This document shows, piece after piece, positions 22,617-36,830 of a stretch of DNA of 64,000 nt (position 1 is its first letter; each line of letters begins with the position of its first letter). The notes under the pieces are model-generated. The model had not been told where the DNA came from and did not search any database. It saw only the letters and a list, made by a program, of their open reading frames with translations. A program made the translations under genes and the position numbers. This DNA comes from Macrostomum lignano (lineage: Eukaryota): the NCBI GenBank assembly GCA_002269645.1, contig NIVC01000031.1:1302001-1366000 (forward strand). Direction: 5' to 3'.

Positions 22617-23832
22617 CTCTGTTGCCCTGGCTACACTGCTTCTCCTAGCAGCGCTTCTCTGCCGATCTGCTGTCTGCCGCAGCTGTTCCACACGGCTTCA
22701 AACTGAGTGCTTTGCTCTTCTTCAAGCGAATTTGCCTGCCAGCTCAGCAGCAGCAGCAAAAGTCCCGCTGTCACGGACTGAAATCTCTGAGCTCTCCCTG
22801 TGCAGAGAAATTTGTTTAAATGGACTGAGGCCGATTCTCTTCTCTGACCCAGCGGCTGTGTTTGAGGCCTGATTGGGTGCCAGGGGGTCCGGCAGCTGCT
22901 CTGCTCAGCGGGGTGAGAGATGCAGGAGCAGTGAGATGCTGCGAGCTCTGCTGAGTTAAACAATGAGAGCTGACTGTGGCTGCGTGCTCGGCATAGCAAG
23001 TGCATTGTCAGTGGGCAGGGGTGAAGGGGCGGCAGCTGAGACACGAGGGGAGAGATGGAGAGGGGAGGGAGGGCAGGGCTGAGGCTTGGAAGCCAAGCAG
23101 AGCTCTCTGACGATTTTTAATTTACTTTGCAGATAATGCTTTAAATTGAGGATTTTTCTGTTGCTAAATTCAAATAGATGAAGAATGGCCGCTTAGGTTT
23201 GCCAGCGACAATTTACATCTTCCAATATACTAAAAATGAAAATCTTGCTTGCTTGTAATCGATTAGAGAAAAAATGGCTGGACCGATTTTGTTCGAACTT
23301 GCACTGTTCGATCAGAAATTTTTCCGTGACTGTACATGCATCGTGGCTAAGAAATTGCTCGATGCTAAAGGCATTAAATATTCGAAAAACATGCTTTTTT
23401 GCAAAGGTCAAGCAGCTCTTTCGACTTGAAATGCATTGTAAGAATGCTAGAGAAAAAACTGGCTGGTTGAATTCTGATTCTGAAATAGATTGCATCATCA
23501 CTGAATTGTAACTCCGACTTGAATTGAAAATGCAGTGTGGAAGCGTAGCACCAGACTTGATTTAAATTGCGTAACCATATTGTTAACTGATACTGACTGA
23601 CTGAGAAACTGATTATGTCATAACTGCTTCGTGTGATTTACTCTATGCTTGGATTTTAAAGTGTTGAATTATATAAGTGCAAAATTGATGTTATCAAAAT
23701 GATGAGAGCTAGCCTAGAGGTGAACAGACTGAACTGCTAAATGCAGAGACGATGGTTCGAATTTTCATAGAGTATAATTTTTTAATTAAAGCTTTTCAAC
23801 GTCAGGAAAACTAAAAGACTTTTTAAAAAGAA

Positions 23833-26800
23833 TCGTCATGTAAAAATCATAGAAGCGTCATTTAAAAAATCAAAAAAGCGTCATGTAAACAATCATAGAA
23901 GCGTCATGTAAACAATCATAGAAGCGTCATTTAAAAAATCAAAAAAGCGCCATGTAAACAATCATAGAAGCGTTATATAAAAATCATAGAAGCATCATTT
24001 TTAAAAAATCATAGAAGCGTCATGTAAACAATCATAGAAGCGTCATGTAAACAATCATAGAAGCGTCATTTAAAAAATCATAGAAGCGCCATGTAAAAAA
24101 TCGTAGAAGCGTTATATAAAAATCATAGAAGCGTCATTTTTAAAAAATCATAGAAGCGTCATGTAAACAATCATAGAAGCGTCATGTAAACAATCATAGA
24201 AGCGTCATGTAAACAATCATAGAAGCGTCATTTTTAAAAAATCATAGAAGCGTCATGTAAACAATCATAGAAGCGTCATGTAAACAATCATAGAAGCGTC
24301 ATGTAAACAATCATAGAAGCGTCATGTAAACAATCATAGAAGCGTCATGTAAACAATCCTAGAAGCGTCATGTAAACAATCATAGAAGCGTCATGTAAAA
24401 ATCATAGAAGCGTCATGTAAACAATCATAGAAGCGTCATGTAAACAATCATCGAAGCGTCATGTAAACAATCATCGAAGCGTCATGTAAAAATCATAGAA
24501 AAGCGTCATGTACACAATCATAGAAGCGTCATGTAAAAAATCGTCGAAGCGTCATATAAAAATCATAGAAGCGTCATGTAAACAATCATAAAAGCGTCAT
24601 GTAAACAATCATAGAAGCGTCATGTAAACAATCATAGAAGCGTCATGTAAAAAATCATAGAAGCGTCATGTAAACAATCATAGAAGCGTCATGTAAAAAA
24701 TCATAGAAGCGTCATGTAAACAATCATAGAAGCGTCATGTAAAAAATCGTAGAAGCGTCATGAAAACATCATAGAAGCGTCATGCAAAAATCATAGAAGC
24801 GTCATGTAAACAATCATAGAAGCGTCATGTAAAAAATCAAAGAAGCGTCTTGTAAACAATCATAGAAGCGTCATTTAAAAAATGGTAGAAGCGTCATGTA
24901 AACAATCATAGAAGCGTCATGTAAAAAATCATAGAAGCGTCATGTAAACAATCATAGAAGCGTCATGAAAAAATCATAGAAGCGTCATATAAAAATCATA
25001 GAAGCGTCATGTAAACAATCATAGAAGCGTCATGTAAAAAATCATAGAAGCCTCATGTAAAAATCATAGAGGCGTCATGAAACAATCATAGAAGCGTCAT
25101 GTAAACAATCATAGAAGCGTCATGTAAAAAATCGTAGAAGCGTCATGAAAACATCATAGAAGCGTCATGCAAAAATCATAGAAGCGTCATGTAAACAATC
25201 ATAGAAGCGTCATGTAAAAAATCAAGAAGCGTCTTGTAAAAATCATAAAGCTTCATGTAAACAATCATAGAAGCGACATGTAAAAAATCGTCGAAGCGTC
25301 ATATAAAAATCATAGAAGCGTCATGTAAACAATCATAAAAGCGTCATGTAAACAATCATAGAAGCGTCATGTAAAAAATCGTAGAAGCGTCATGTAAAAA
25401 TCATAAAGCGTCATGTAAACAATCATAGAAGCGTCATGTAAAAAATCGTAGAAGCGTCATGTAAAAATCATAGAAGCGTCATGTAAAAATCATAGAAAGC
25501 GTCATGTAAACAATCATAGAAGCGTCATGTAAACAATCATAAAAGCGTCATGTAAACAATCATAGAAGCGTCATGTAAACAATCATAGAAGCGTCGTGTA
25601 AAAAATCATAAAAGCGTCATGTAAACAATCATAGAAGCGTCATGTAAACAATCATAGAAGCGTCGTGAAAAAATCATAGAAGCGTCATGTAAACAATCAT
25701 AGAAGCGTCATGTAAAAAATCATAGAAGCGTCATGTAAACAATCATAAAAGCGTCATGTAAACAATCATAGAAGCGTCATTTAAAAAATCATAGAAGCGT
25801 CATGTAAACAATCATAAAAGCGTCATGTAAACAATCATAGAAGCGTCATTTAAAAAATCATAGAAGCGTCATGTAAACAATCATAGAAGCGTCATGTAAA
25901 AATCATAGAAGCGTCATGTAAACAATCATAAAAGCGTCATGTAAACAATCATAGAAGCGTCATTTAAAAATCATAGAAGCGTCATGTAAACAATCATAGA
26001 AGCGTCATGTAAACAATCATAGAAGCGTCATGTAAACAATCATAGAAGCGTCATGTAAAAATCATAGAAGCGTCATGTAAAAAATCATAGAAGCGTCATT
26101 AAAAATCATAGAAGCGTCCTGCAAAAATTGTAGAAGCGTCATTAAAAATCATAGAAGCGTCATGTAAACAATCATAAAAGCGTCATGTAAACAATCATAG
26201 AAGCGTCATGTAAAAAAATCGTAGAAGCGTCATGTAAAAATCATAAAAGCGTCATGTAAACAATCATAGAAGCGTCATGTAAACAATCATAGAAGCGTCA
26301 TTTAAAAAATTATAGAAGCCTCATGTAAAAATCATAGAGGCGTCATGAAACAATCATAGAAGCGTCATGTAAACAATCATAGAAGCGTCATGTAAAAATC
26401 ATAGAAGCGTCATGAAACAATCATAGAAGCGTCATGTAAACAATCATAGAAGCGTCATGTAAACAATCATAGAAGCGTCATGTAAAAATCATAGAAGCGT
26501 CATGTAAAAATCATAGAAGCGTCATGAAACAATCATAGAAGCGTCATGTAAACAATCATAGAAGCGTCATGTAAAAAATCATAGAAGCGTCATGTAAACA
26601 ATCATAGAAGCGTCATGTAAACAATCATAGAAGCGTCATGTAAAAAATCATAGAAGCGTCATGTAAACAATCATAGAAGCGTCATGTAAAAAATCATAGA
26701 AGCGTCATGTAAACAATCATAGAAGCGTCATGTAAAAAATCGTAGAAGCGTCATGAAAACAATCATAGAAGCGTCATGTAAAAATCATAGAAGCGTCATG

Positions 26801-29800
26801 TAAACAATCATAGAAGCGTCATGTAAAAAATCATAGAAGCGTCATGTAAAAATCATAAAGCGTCATGTAAACAATCATAGAAGCGTCATGTAAAAAATCG
26901 TAGAAGCGTCATATAAAAATCATAGAAGCGTCATGTAAACAATCATAAAAGCGTCATGTAAACAATCATAGAAGCGTCATGTAAAAAAATCGTAGAAGCG
27001 TCATGTAAAAATCATAAAAGCGTCATGTAAACAATCATAAGAGCGTCATGTAAACAATCATAGAAGCGTCATTAAAAAATGGTAGAAGCGTCATGTAAAC
27101 AATCATAGAAGCGTCATGTAAAAAATCATAGAAGCGTCATGTAAACAATCATAGAAGCGTCATGAAAAAATCATAGAAGCGTCATATAAAAATCATAGAA
27201 GCGTCATGTAAACAATCATAGAAGCGTCATTAAAAAATCATAGAAGCGTCATGTAAAAATCATAGAGCGTCATGTAAACAATCATAGAAGCGTCATGTAA
27301 ACAATCATAGAAGCGTCATGTAAAAAATCATAGAAGCGTCATGTAAACAATCATAGAAGCGTCATGTAAAAATCATAGAAGCGTCATGTAAACAATCATA
27401 GAAGCGTCATGTAAACAATCATAGAAGCGTCATGTAAACAATCATAGAGGCGTCATGAAACAATCATAGAAGCGTCATGTAAAAAATCATAGAAGCGTCA
27501 TGTAAACAATCATAGAGCGTCATGAAACAATCATAGAAGCGTCATGTAAACAATCATAGAAGCGTCATGTAAACAATCATAGAAGCGTCATTAAAAAATC
27601 ATAGAAGCGTCATGTAAAAATCATAGAAGCGTCATGAAACAATCATAGAAGCGTCATGTAAACAATCATAGAAGCGTCATGTAAAAATCATAGAAGCGTC
27701 ATGTAAACAATCATAGAAGCGTCATGTAAAAAATCATAGAAGCGTCATGTAAACAATCATAAAGCGTCATGTAAACAATCATAGAAGCGTCATTTAAAAA
27801 TCATAGAAGCGTCATGTAAACAATCATAGAAGCGTCATGTAAACAATCATAGAAGCGTCATGTAAACAATCATAGAAGCGTCATGTAAAAATCATAGAAG
27901 CGTCATGTAAAAATCATAGAAGCGTCATTAAAAATCATAGAAGCGTCAAAAATCAGAAGCGTCATTAAAAATCATAGAAGCGTCATGTAAACAATCATAG
28001 AAGCGTCATGTAAAAATCATAGAAGCGTCATGTAAAAATCATAGAAGCGTCATGTAAACAATCATAGAAGCGTCATGTAAACAATCATAGAAGCGTCATG
28101 TAAACAATCATAGAAGCGTCATGAAAAATCATAGAAGCGTCATGTAAAAATCATAAAGCGTCATGTAAACAATCATAGAAGCGTCATGTAAAAATCATAG
28201 AAGCGTCATGTAAAAATCATAGAAGCGTCATGTAAACAATCATAGAAGCGTCATGTAAAAAATCATAGAAGCGTCATGTAAAAATCATAGAAGCGTCATG
28301 TAAAAATCATAGAAGCGTCATGTAAAAATCATAGAAGCGTCATGTAAACAATCATAAAAGCGTCATGTAAAAATCATAGAAGCGTCATGTAAACAATCAT
28401 AGAAGCGTCATGTAAAAATCATAGAAGCGTCATGTAAACAATCATAGAAGCGTCATGTAAACAATCATAGAAGCGTCATGTAAAAATCATAGAAGCGTCA
28501 TGTAAACAATCATAGAAGCGTCATGTAAAAATCATAGAAGCGTCATGTAAACAATCATAGAAGCGTCATGTAAAAATCATAGAAGCGTCATGTAAAATCA
28601 TAGAAGCGTCATGTAAAAATCATAGAAGCGTCATGTAAACAATCATAGAAGCGTCATGTAAAAAATCATAGAAGCGTCATGTAAAAATCATAAAGCGTCA
28701 TGTAAACAATCATAGAAGCGTCATGTAAAAATCGTAAAGCGTCATATAAAAATCATAGAAGCGTCATGTAAACAATCATAGAAGCGTCATGTAAACAATC
28801 ATAGAAGCGTCATGTAAAAATCATAGAAGCGTCATGTAAAAATCATAGAAGCGTCATGTAAACAATCATAGAAGCGTCATGTAAACAATCATAGAAGCGT
28901 CATGTAAAAATCATAGAAGCGTCATGTAAAAATCATAGAAGCGTCATGAAACAATCATAGAAGCGTCATGTAAACAATCATAGAAGCGTCATGTAAAAAT
29001 CATAGAAGCGTCATGTAAAAATCATAGAAGCGTCATGTAAACAATCATAGAAGCGTCATGTAAACAATCATAGAAGCGTCATGTAAAAATCATAGAAGCG
29101 TCATGTAAAAATCATAGAAGCGTCATGAAACAATCATAGAAGCGTCATGTAAACAATCATAGAAGCGTCATGTAAAAAATCATAGAAGCGTCATGTAAAC
29201 AATCATAGAAGCGTCATGTAAACAATCATAGAAGCGTCATGTAAAAAATCATAGAAGCGTCATGTAAACAATCATAGAAGCGTCATGTAAAAATCATAGA
29301 AGCGTCATGTAAACAATCATAGAAGCGTCATGTAAAAAATCATAGAAGCGTCATGAAAAATCATAGAAGCGTCATGTAAAAATCATAGAAGCGTCATGTA
29401 AACAATCATAGAAGCGTCATGTAAAAATCAAGAAGCGTCATGTAAAAATCATAGAAGCGTCATGTAAACAATCATAGAAGCGTCATGTAAAAATCATAGA
29501 AGCGTCATGTAAAAATCATAGAAGCGTCATGTAAACAATCATAGAAGCGTCATGTAAACAATCATAGAAGCGTCATGTAAAAATCATAGAAGCGTCATGT
29601 AAAAATCATAGAAGCGTCATGTAAACAATCATAGAAGCGTCATGTAAACAATCATAGAAGCGTCATGTAAAAAATCATAGAAGCGTCATGTAAAAATCAT
29701 AGAAGCGTCATGTAAAAATCATAGAAGCGTCATGTAAACAATCATAGAAGCGTCATGTAAAAATCATAGAAGCGTCATGTAAAAATCATAGAAGCGTCAT

Positions 29801-32190
29801 GTAAACAATCATAGAAGCGTCATGTAAAAATCATAGAAGCGTCATGTAAAAATCATAGAAGCGTCATGTAAAAATCATAGAAGCGTCATGTAAACAATCA
29901 TAGAAGCGTCATGTAAACAATCATAGAAGCGTCATGTAAAAATCATAGAAGCGTCATGTAAAAATCATAGAAGCGTCATGAAACAATCATAGAAGCGTCA
30001 TGTAAACAATCATAGAAGCGTCATGTAAAAATCATAGAAGCGTCATGTAAACAATCATAGAAGCGTCATGTAAACAATCATAGAAGCGTCATGTAAACAA
30101 TCATAGAAGCGTCATGTAAAAATCATAGAAGCGTCATGTAAAAATCATAGAAGCGTCATGTAAACAATCATAGAAGCGTCATGTAAACAATCATAGAAGC
30201 GTCATGTAAAAAATCATAGAAGCGTCATGTAAAAATCATAGAAGCGTCATGTAAACAATCATAGAAGCGTCATGTAAAAAATCATAGAAGCGTCATGTAA
30301 ACAATCATAGAAGCGTCATGTAAAAAATCATAGAAGCGTCATGTAAACAATCATAGAAGCGTCATGTAAAAATCATAGAAGCGTCATGTAAAAATCATAG
30401 AAGCGTCATGTAAAAATCATAGAAGCGTCATGTAAACAATCATAGAAGCGTCATGTAAAAATCATAGAAGCGTCATGTAAAAATCATAAAGCGTCATGTA
30501 AACAATCATAGAAGCGTCATGTAAACAATCATAGAAGCGTCATGTAAAAATCATAGAAGCGTCATGTAAAAATCATAGAAGCGTCATGTAAAAATCATAG
30601 AAGCGTCATGTAAAAATCATAGAAGCGTCATGTAAAAATCATAGAAGCGTCATGTAAACAATCATAGAAGCGTCATGTAAACAATCATAGAAGCGTCATG
30701 TAAAAAATCATAGAAGCGTCATGTAAACAATCATAGAAGCGTCATGTAAAAATCATAGAAGCGTCATGTAAACAATCATAGAAGCGTCATGTAAAAATCA
30801 TAGAAGCGTCATGTAAAAATCATAGAAGCGTCATGTAAACAATCATAGAAGCGTCATGTAAACAATCATAGAAGCGTCATGTAAAAATCATAGAAGCGTC
30901 ATGTAAAAATCATAGAAGCGTCATGTAAACAATCATAGAAGCGTCATGTAAACAATCATAGAAGCGTCATGTAAAAAATCATAGAAGCCTCATGTAAAAA
31001 TCATAGAGGCGTCATGAAACAATCATAGAAGCGTCATGTAAACAATCATAGAAGCGTCATGTAAACAATCATAGAAGCGTCATTTAAAAATCATAGAAGC
31101 GTCATGTAAAAATCATAGAAGCGTCATGTAAACAATCATAGAAGCGTCATGTAAACAATCATAGAAGCGTCATGTAAAAAATCATAGAAGCGTCATGTAA
31201 ACAATCATAGAAGCGTCATGTAAACAATCATAGAAGCGTCGTGTAAAAAATCATAGAAGCGTCATGTAAACAATCATAGAAGCGTCATGTAAAAAATCAT
31301 AGAAGCGTCATGTAAACAATCATAGAAGCGTCATGTAAAAATCATAGAAGCGTCATGTAAAAATCATAGAAGCGTCATGTAAAAATCATAGAAGCGTCAT
31401 GTAAAAATCATAGAAGCGTCATGTAAAAAATCATAGAAGCGTCATGTAAAAATCATAGAAGCGTCATGTAAACAATCATAGAAGCGTCATGTAAAAAATC
31501 GAAGCGTCATGTAAAAATCATAGAAGCGTCATGTAAACAATCATAGAAGCGTCATGTAAAAATCATAGAAGCGTCATGTAAAAATCATAGAAGCGTCATG
31601 TAAAAATCATAAAAGCGTCATGTAAACAATCATAGAAGCGTCATGTAAACAATCATAGAAGCGTCATGTAAAAAATCATAGAAGCGTCATGTAAACAATC
31701 ATAGAAGCGTCATGTAAAAATCATAGAAGCGTCATGTAAACAATCATAGAAGCGTCATGTAAAAATCATAGAAGCGTCATGTAAAAATCATAGAAGCGTC
31801 ATGTAAACAATCATAGAAGCGTCATGTAAAAAATCATAGAAGCGTCATGTAAAAATCATAGAAGCGTCATGTAAACAATCATAGAAGCGTCATGTAAAAA
31901 TCATAGAAGCGTCATGTAAACAATCATAGAAGCGTCATGAAAAAATCATAGAAGCGTCATGTAAAAATCATAGAAGCGTCATGTAAACAATCATAGAAGC
32001 GTCATGTAAAAATCATAGAAGCGTCATGTAAAAATCATAGAAGCGTCATGTAAAAATCATAGAAGCGTCATGTAAACAATCATAGAAGCGTCATGAAAAA
32101 TCATAGAAGCGTCATGTAAAAACATAGAAGCGTCATGTAAAAATCATAGAAGCGTCATGAAAAAATCATAGAAGCCTCATTTAAAAAATT
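23833..32190. repeat. Satellite, 23-bp unit (CATGTAAACAATCATAGAAGCGT; 22-24-bp variants), roughly 360 copies
   Basis: Continuous, highly homogeneous tandem array; copy number estimated as length divided by unit. Confidence 0.99.
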
Positions 32191-33059
32191 ATTTAAAAAA
32201 TTAAGAAGCATCATGGTAGAATAAAAGAAGCGTCATGTCAGACATGAAGGGTGTCATGTAAAAATTAAATGCAGCTATAATGCTGTGCTGGGAAGAAAAA
32301 CTGAGACGTAAAGGCTCTCAGAGAATAACTGAGATTACGGGGGATGGCTTCTGAGATGTCAAAGCAAAGTTCAGAAGCTACTTCAAAGTTCATGCACTTT
32401 ACTCAATTTTTTTATTGCATTCTTTGTTGGCTCGCCACTGGGGGGGGCGCTGATAGAAAAAGAGTCATGTAAAAAATAAAAGTAGCACTATGTATACATA
32501 AAAGAAAAGTCATGTCGAAGTTAAAAGATTCATTTGGCAATTGCTACGATGTCAAAGCTAGGTGGAAATCGTTATAGTGCTGTGATTCTTAAAGAAGGAA
32601 TCACTAAAATGTCAATGCTTAGGGGAGAAGAATTGCTGAGATTTCAAGGCTTTAGGTGGGTTAAAGTTAGGTTTAGGTCAGGTGTGGGTATTTTATCGGG
32701 TTTCAAGGTTAACAGGGGATTTTTTAGATTTCAAGGTTTATGGGGGCTATCGCTGACATGTCAAGGCTTACGAGGGGAATAGCTGAGATGTCAAGGCTCA
32801 CGGGGTATAAATGAGATTTCAAGGCTAAAGTCAGAAGCTACATGTAGTTTATTGAAAACTTTTTATTATATTATTTGATGCCTCCTCAGGGGAGGGATCG
32901 CTGATAAAAAAAGCGTAATGTAAAAAATAAAATAAGTTTCATGTCGAAGTTAAGAGATTCATTTGGGAATCCCTACGATGTCGAGGCTTGCAGGGAATCG
33001 CTATAATGCTGTAGCAGTGCTATAATGACTCTTAGAGAGAATTACTGAAATGTCAATGC

Positions 33060-33122
33060 TTTAGGGTTAGGTTAGGGTTAGGGTTAGGGTTAGGGTTAGG
33101 GTTAGGCTAGGGTTAGGGTTAG
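33060..33122 (+). repeat. Interstitial (TTAGGG)n tract, ~10 units
   Basis: TTAGGG repeats with minor variants inside the 3' module of element A. Confidence 0.9.
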
Positions 33123-33940
33123 AAGGTTGACAGATTTTTTAGATTTCCAAGGCTTATTGGGGGCATTGCTGAGATGTCAAGGGGGGGGGGAGTTGATATG
33201 TTAAAGCTTGTGGGGGGGAATTACTGACATGTCAAGGCTTACAAGGTTTGACAGGAGATTTTTTAAGATTTTAAGGATACATGTAGCTTATTAAAAAAAC
33301 GTGTATTGCATTTCTTTGGCTCCCCAACGGGGGGCGTAGATTGCTAGTCTAAATATACTAAAAATGAGTTGTCTGTATGTGGGTAGGTATGCGATAGATT
33401 TCAGAAAAATTGGCTCAACCGATTTTCTTCAAACTTGCACCATTCGATCAGAAATTTTCCTGGGATGGTACATGCATCCTGGCTAAGAAATTGCTCAATT
33501 TTAAAGGGATTAAATATTCGAAAAACATGCTTTTTTGCAAAGGTCAAGCAGCTCTTTCGACCTGGAATGCATTGTAAGAATGCTAGAGAAAAAAACTGAC
33601 TGGCTCGATTCCGATTGTGATAAAGATTGCATCACAACAATTTGAAAACAGTGTCGAAGAAATGCAAACCCGACTTGATTAAAATTGCGTAACCATATTG
33701 CTAACTTCAATTGAGACTGATACTGGCTGACTGAGAAATTGATTATGTCATAACTTTCTACTCCAATTGACTGGCTGTAAGAATTGAATTATAAGGGCCA
33801 CAATTCATGTTCTCCAAATGAAAAGAGATAGCCAGATGCGAACAGACTGGAATGCTAATGTAGTGACCTGGGTTCGAATCTTAGTAGTGCAAAAAGATTT
33901 TTTTATTAAAACACATTAAAAACACAAAACTGCTAAACAT

Positions 33941-35140
33941 AAAAGAGGCACAATGTCAAACATAGAAGAGCCACCATGTTGAACATTAAAGAGCCACCAT
34001 GTCAAACATTAAAGAGCCACCATGTCAAACACTAAAAAGCCACCATGTCAAACATTAAAGAGCCACCATGTCAAACACATACGTGACTACATGTCAAACA
34101 TATACGTGACTCCATGTCAAACATAAAAGAGCCACCATGTAAAACATATACTTATGACTCTTTGTCGAACATAAAGAGCCACCATGTAAAGCATTTACGT
34201 GACTCCATGCCAAATATATACGTGACTCCATGTCAAACACATACGTGACTCCATGTCAAACATTAAAGAGCCACCATGTCATATAGTAAGGAGCAACCAT
34301 GTCAAACATTAAAGAGCCACCAAGTAAAAAATTAAGAGCCACTATGTCAAACATTAAAGAGCCACCATGTCAAAAATTAAAGAGCCACCATATCGAACAC
34401 TAAAGAGCCACCATGTCAAACATATATGTGACTCCATGTCAAATATATACGTGACTCCATGTCACACATAAAAGAGCCACCATGTAAAACATATACATAT
34501 GACTCCATAACAAACATTAAACAGCCACCATGTCGAACATTAAAGAGCCATCATGTCAAACATAAAAGAGCCACCATGTCAAACATTAAAGAGCCACTAT
34601 GTCAAACATTAAAGAGCCACTATGTCAAACATTAAAGAGCCACTATGTCAAACATTAAAGAGCCACCATGTCAAACATATACGTGACTCCATGCCAAATA
34701 TATACATGACTCCATGTCTAACACATACGTGACTCCATGTCAAACATTAAAGAGCCACCCTGTCGAACGTTAAAGAGCCACCATGTCAAACATTAAAGAG
34801 CCACAATGTAGAACATTAAAAAGCCACCATGTCGAACATTAAAGAGCCACAATATGTAGAACATTAAAGAGCCACAATGTAGAGCATTAAAGAGCCACAA
34901 TGTAGAGCATTAAAGAGCCACCATGTAGAACATTAAAGAGCCACAATTTCGAACAATAAAGAGCCACCATGTCGAAAATTAAAGAGCCACTTTGTCAAAC
35001 ATAGAAGAGCCACCATGTCAAACATAGAAGAGCCACCATGTCAGACATTGGAAGCCACCGTATCAAACATAAAAGAGTTACCATGTTGAACAAAAAAGAG
35101 CCACAATGTAGAACATAAAAGAGCCACCCTGTTAAACATA
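33941..35140. repeat. Satellite, 23-bp unit (CATGTCAAACATTAAAGAGCCAC), diverged homolog of the element A satellite
   Basis: Visible tandem array; shares CATGT..AAACA.T.A.AGA.GC with the A unit. Confidence 0.95.
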
Positions 35141-35229
35141 AAATATACACAATTTCAAACGTAAAAGTAAGCGAATTTTAAAGGAGCCGCTATAATGCTA
35201 AAGAAATTGTCGCACTAGCTACTTATTGT

Positions 35230-35920
35230 CTGGTGGATGCTTGCTATTTGGGGATGCTATCTATCTTGGGGATGCTTTCTATCTGGGGGATGCTTGCTAT
35301 CTGGGGGATACTTGCTATCTGGGCGATGCTTGCTATCTGGGGGATGCTTGCTATCTGGGGATGCTTGCTATCTGGGGGATGCTTGCTATCTGGGGTTGCT
35401 TGCTATCGGGGTCTGGGGGATGCTTGCTATCTGGGGTTGCTTGCTATTGGGTGGATGCTTGCTATCTGGGGGATGCTTGTTATCTGGGGGATGCTTGCTA
35501 TCTGGGGATGCTTGCTATCTGGGGATGCTTGCTCTCTGGGGTTGCTTGCTATCGGGGTCTGGGAATGCTGGCTATCTGGGGGATGCTTGCTATCTGGGGT
35601 TGCTTGCTATCGGGTGGATGCTTGCTATCTGGGGGATGCTTGCTATCTGGGGTCTGGGGATGCTTGCTATCTGGGGGATGCTTGCTATCTAGGGATGCTT
35701 GCTATCTGGGGGATGCTTGCTATCTGGGGGATGCTTGCTATCTGGGGGATGCTTGCTATCTGGGGGATGCTTGCTATCTGGGGAATGCTTGCTATCTGGG
35801 GGATGCTTGCTATCTGGGGAATGCTTGCTATCTGGGGGATGCTTGCTATCTGGGGGATGCTTGCTATCTGGGGGATGCTTGCTATCTGGGGGATGCTTGC
35901 TATCTGGGGGATGCTTGCTG
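35230..35920. repeat. 18-bp minisatellite (GGGGGATGCTTGCTATCT)
   Basis: Visible tandem array; explains the ORFs at 35226-36040. Confidence 0.97.
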
Positions 35921-36830
35921 TCTTGCGATGATTTCTTTTTGCATTGCACTTCATTTGAGTATTTTGTCTGTTTTCTTTGTGAAGGCTTTATTTCGCTATT
36001 TTTTTGTTACTTACTTGTAGAGAACAGAGATTCTATATAGATGTCCCCCAACGGGGGGCGAAGATTGCTAGTCAGTATCTAACAGGTGACGTTGGCATGT
36101 AACAGGCGACATCAGTATCACCTGTTAGACACTGATGTCACCAGCTGGATGCGGATGTTACATGTATATGCTGATGTCATATTTTATATAATAATAGTTA
36201 ATGTTTACTTTTGGGACCTGTTAGATTAATAGGCCTATTTTCATATTACGTAGATGCATATGCCCTGTCGCGTTGTACAATCGCATTATTTGATTTCCTA
36301 GAATGTCCTCACTTAGTCACTAAAATTGCATGTAGTTGCAAGGCAATGTATAGTTCCCACTAAAATATTCGTTATCGAAGAATAACATTCGTGCAGCGGT
36401 TTGTACACACGTACTTGCATTTCCTAAATTGTGGTTGCATGCAAACTCGGGTAGCCTAGAGTGTCTTAATGGTTTTACGAGATTTTCCGTATATTTATTG
36501 AATATTAGTAGAGTATCAAATAAAAGTTCTGTAGCTCTTAGAATTTATCATTTATAATTTATCCTAACAAAAAATCTGCCGCCAAGTTATTGATTTTAGA
36601 GGTGCATCTTCTAAAAAGGACAGAGTATTTCATGGATTAAATGTTACATACGTTACAAATTTGTACTACAAGGCAATATTTATTGCTCTATCTTGTGTGT
36701 CAATACTTGTAAATACTTGTAGGAAAATACTTCTACGAGTAGACTATATTTGTAGTCGCGGTGAAGACTAAAGTTCTTCGATCAGTCGGTATTGTTCGTA
36801 CATACCAGGTACATGTATCGTTTAATACAG

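Larger units (their letters stand above)
23218..33347 (+). mobile_element. Non-autonomous Helitron-like element A carrying an 8.4-kb satellite
   Basis: 5' A|TC...AATATACTAAAAATG; a ~600-bp block homologous to 33348-33940; 3' hairpin CCCCAACGGGG followed about 10 nt later by CTAG|T. Confidence 0.75.
33348..36071 (+). mobile_element. Non-autonomous Helitron-like element B abutting element A
   Basis: Starts TCTAAATATACTAAAAATG directly after the CTAG of A; same 5' block; ends CCCCCAACGGGGGGCGAAGATTGCTAG|T. Confidence 0.78.

Noticed and set aside
33060-33122. True telomere or chromosome fusion scar
   Set aside because: Short, single orientation, internal to a repeat module with a degenerate counterpart in the preceding block.
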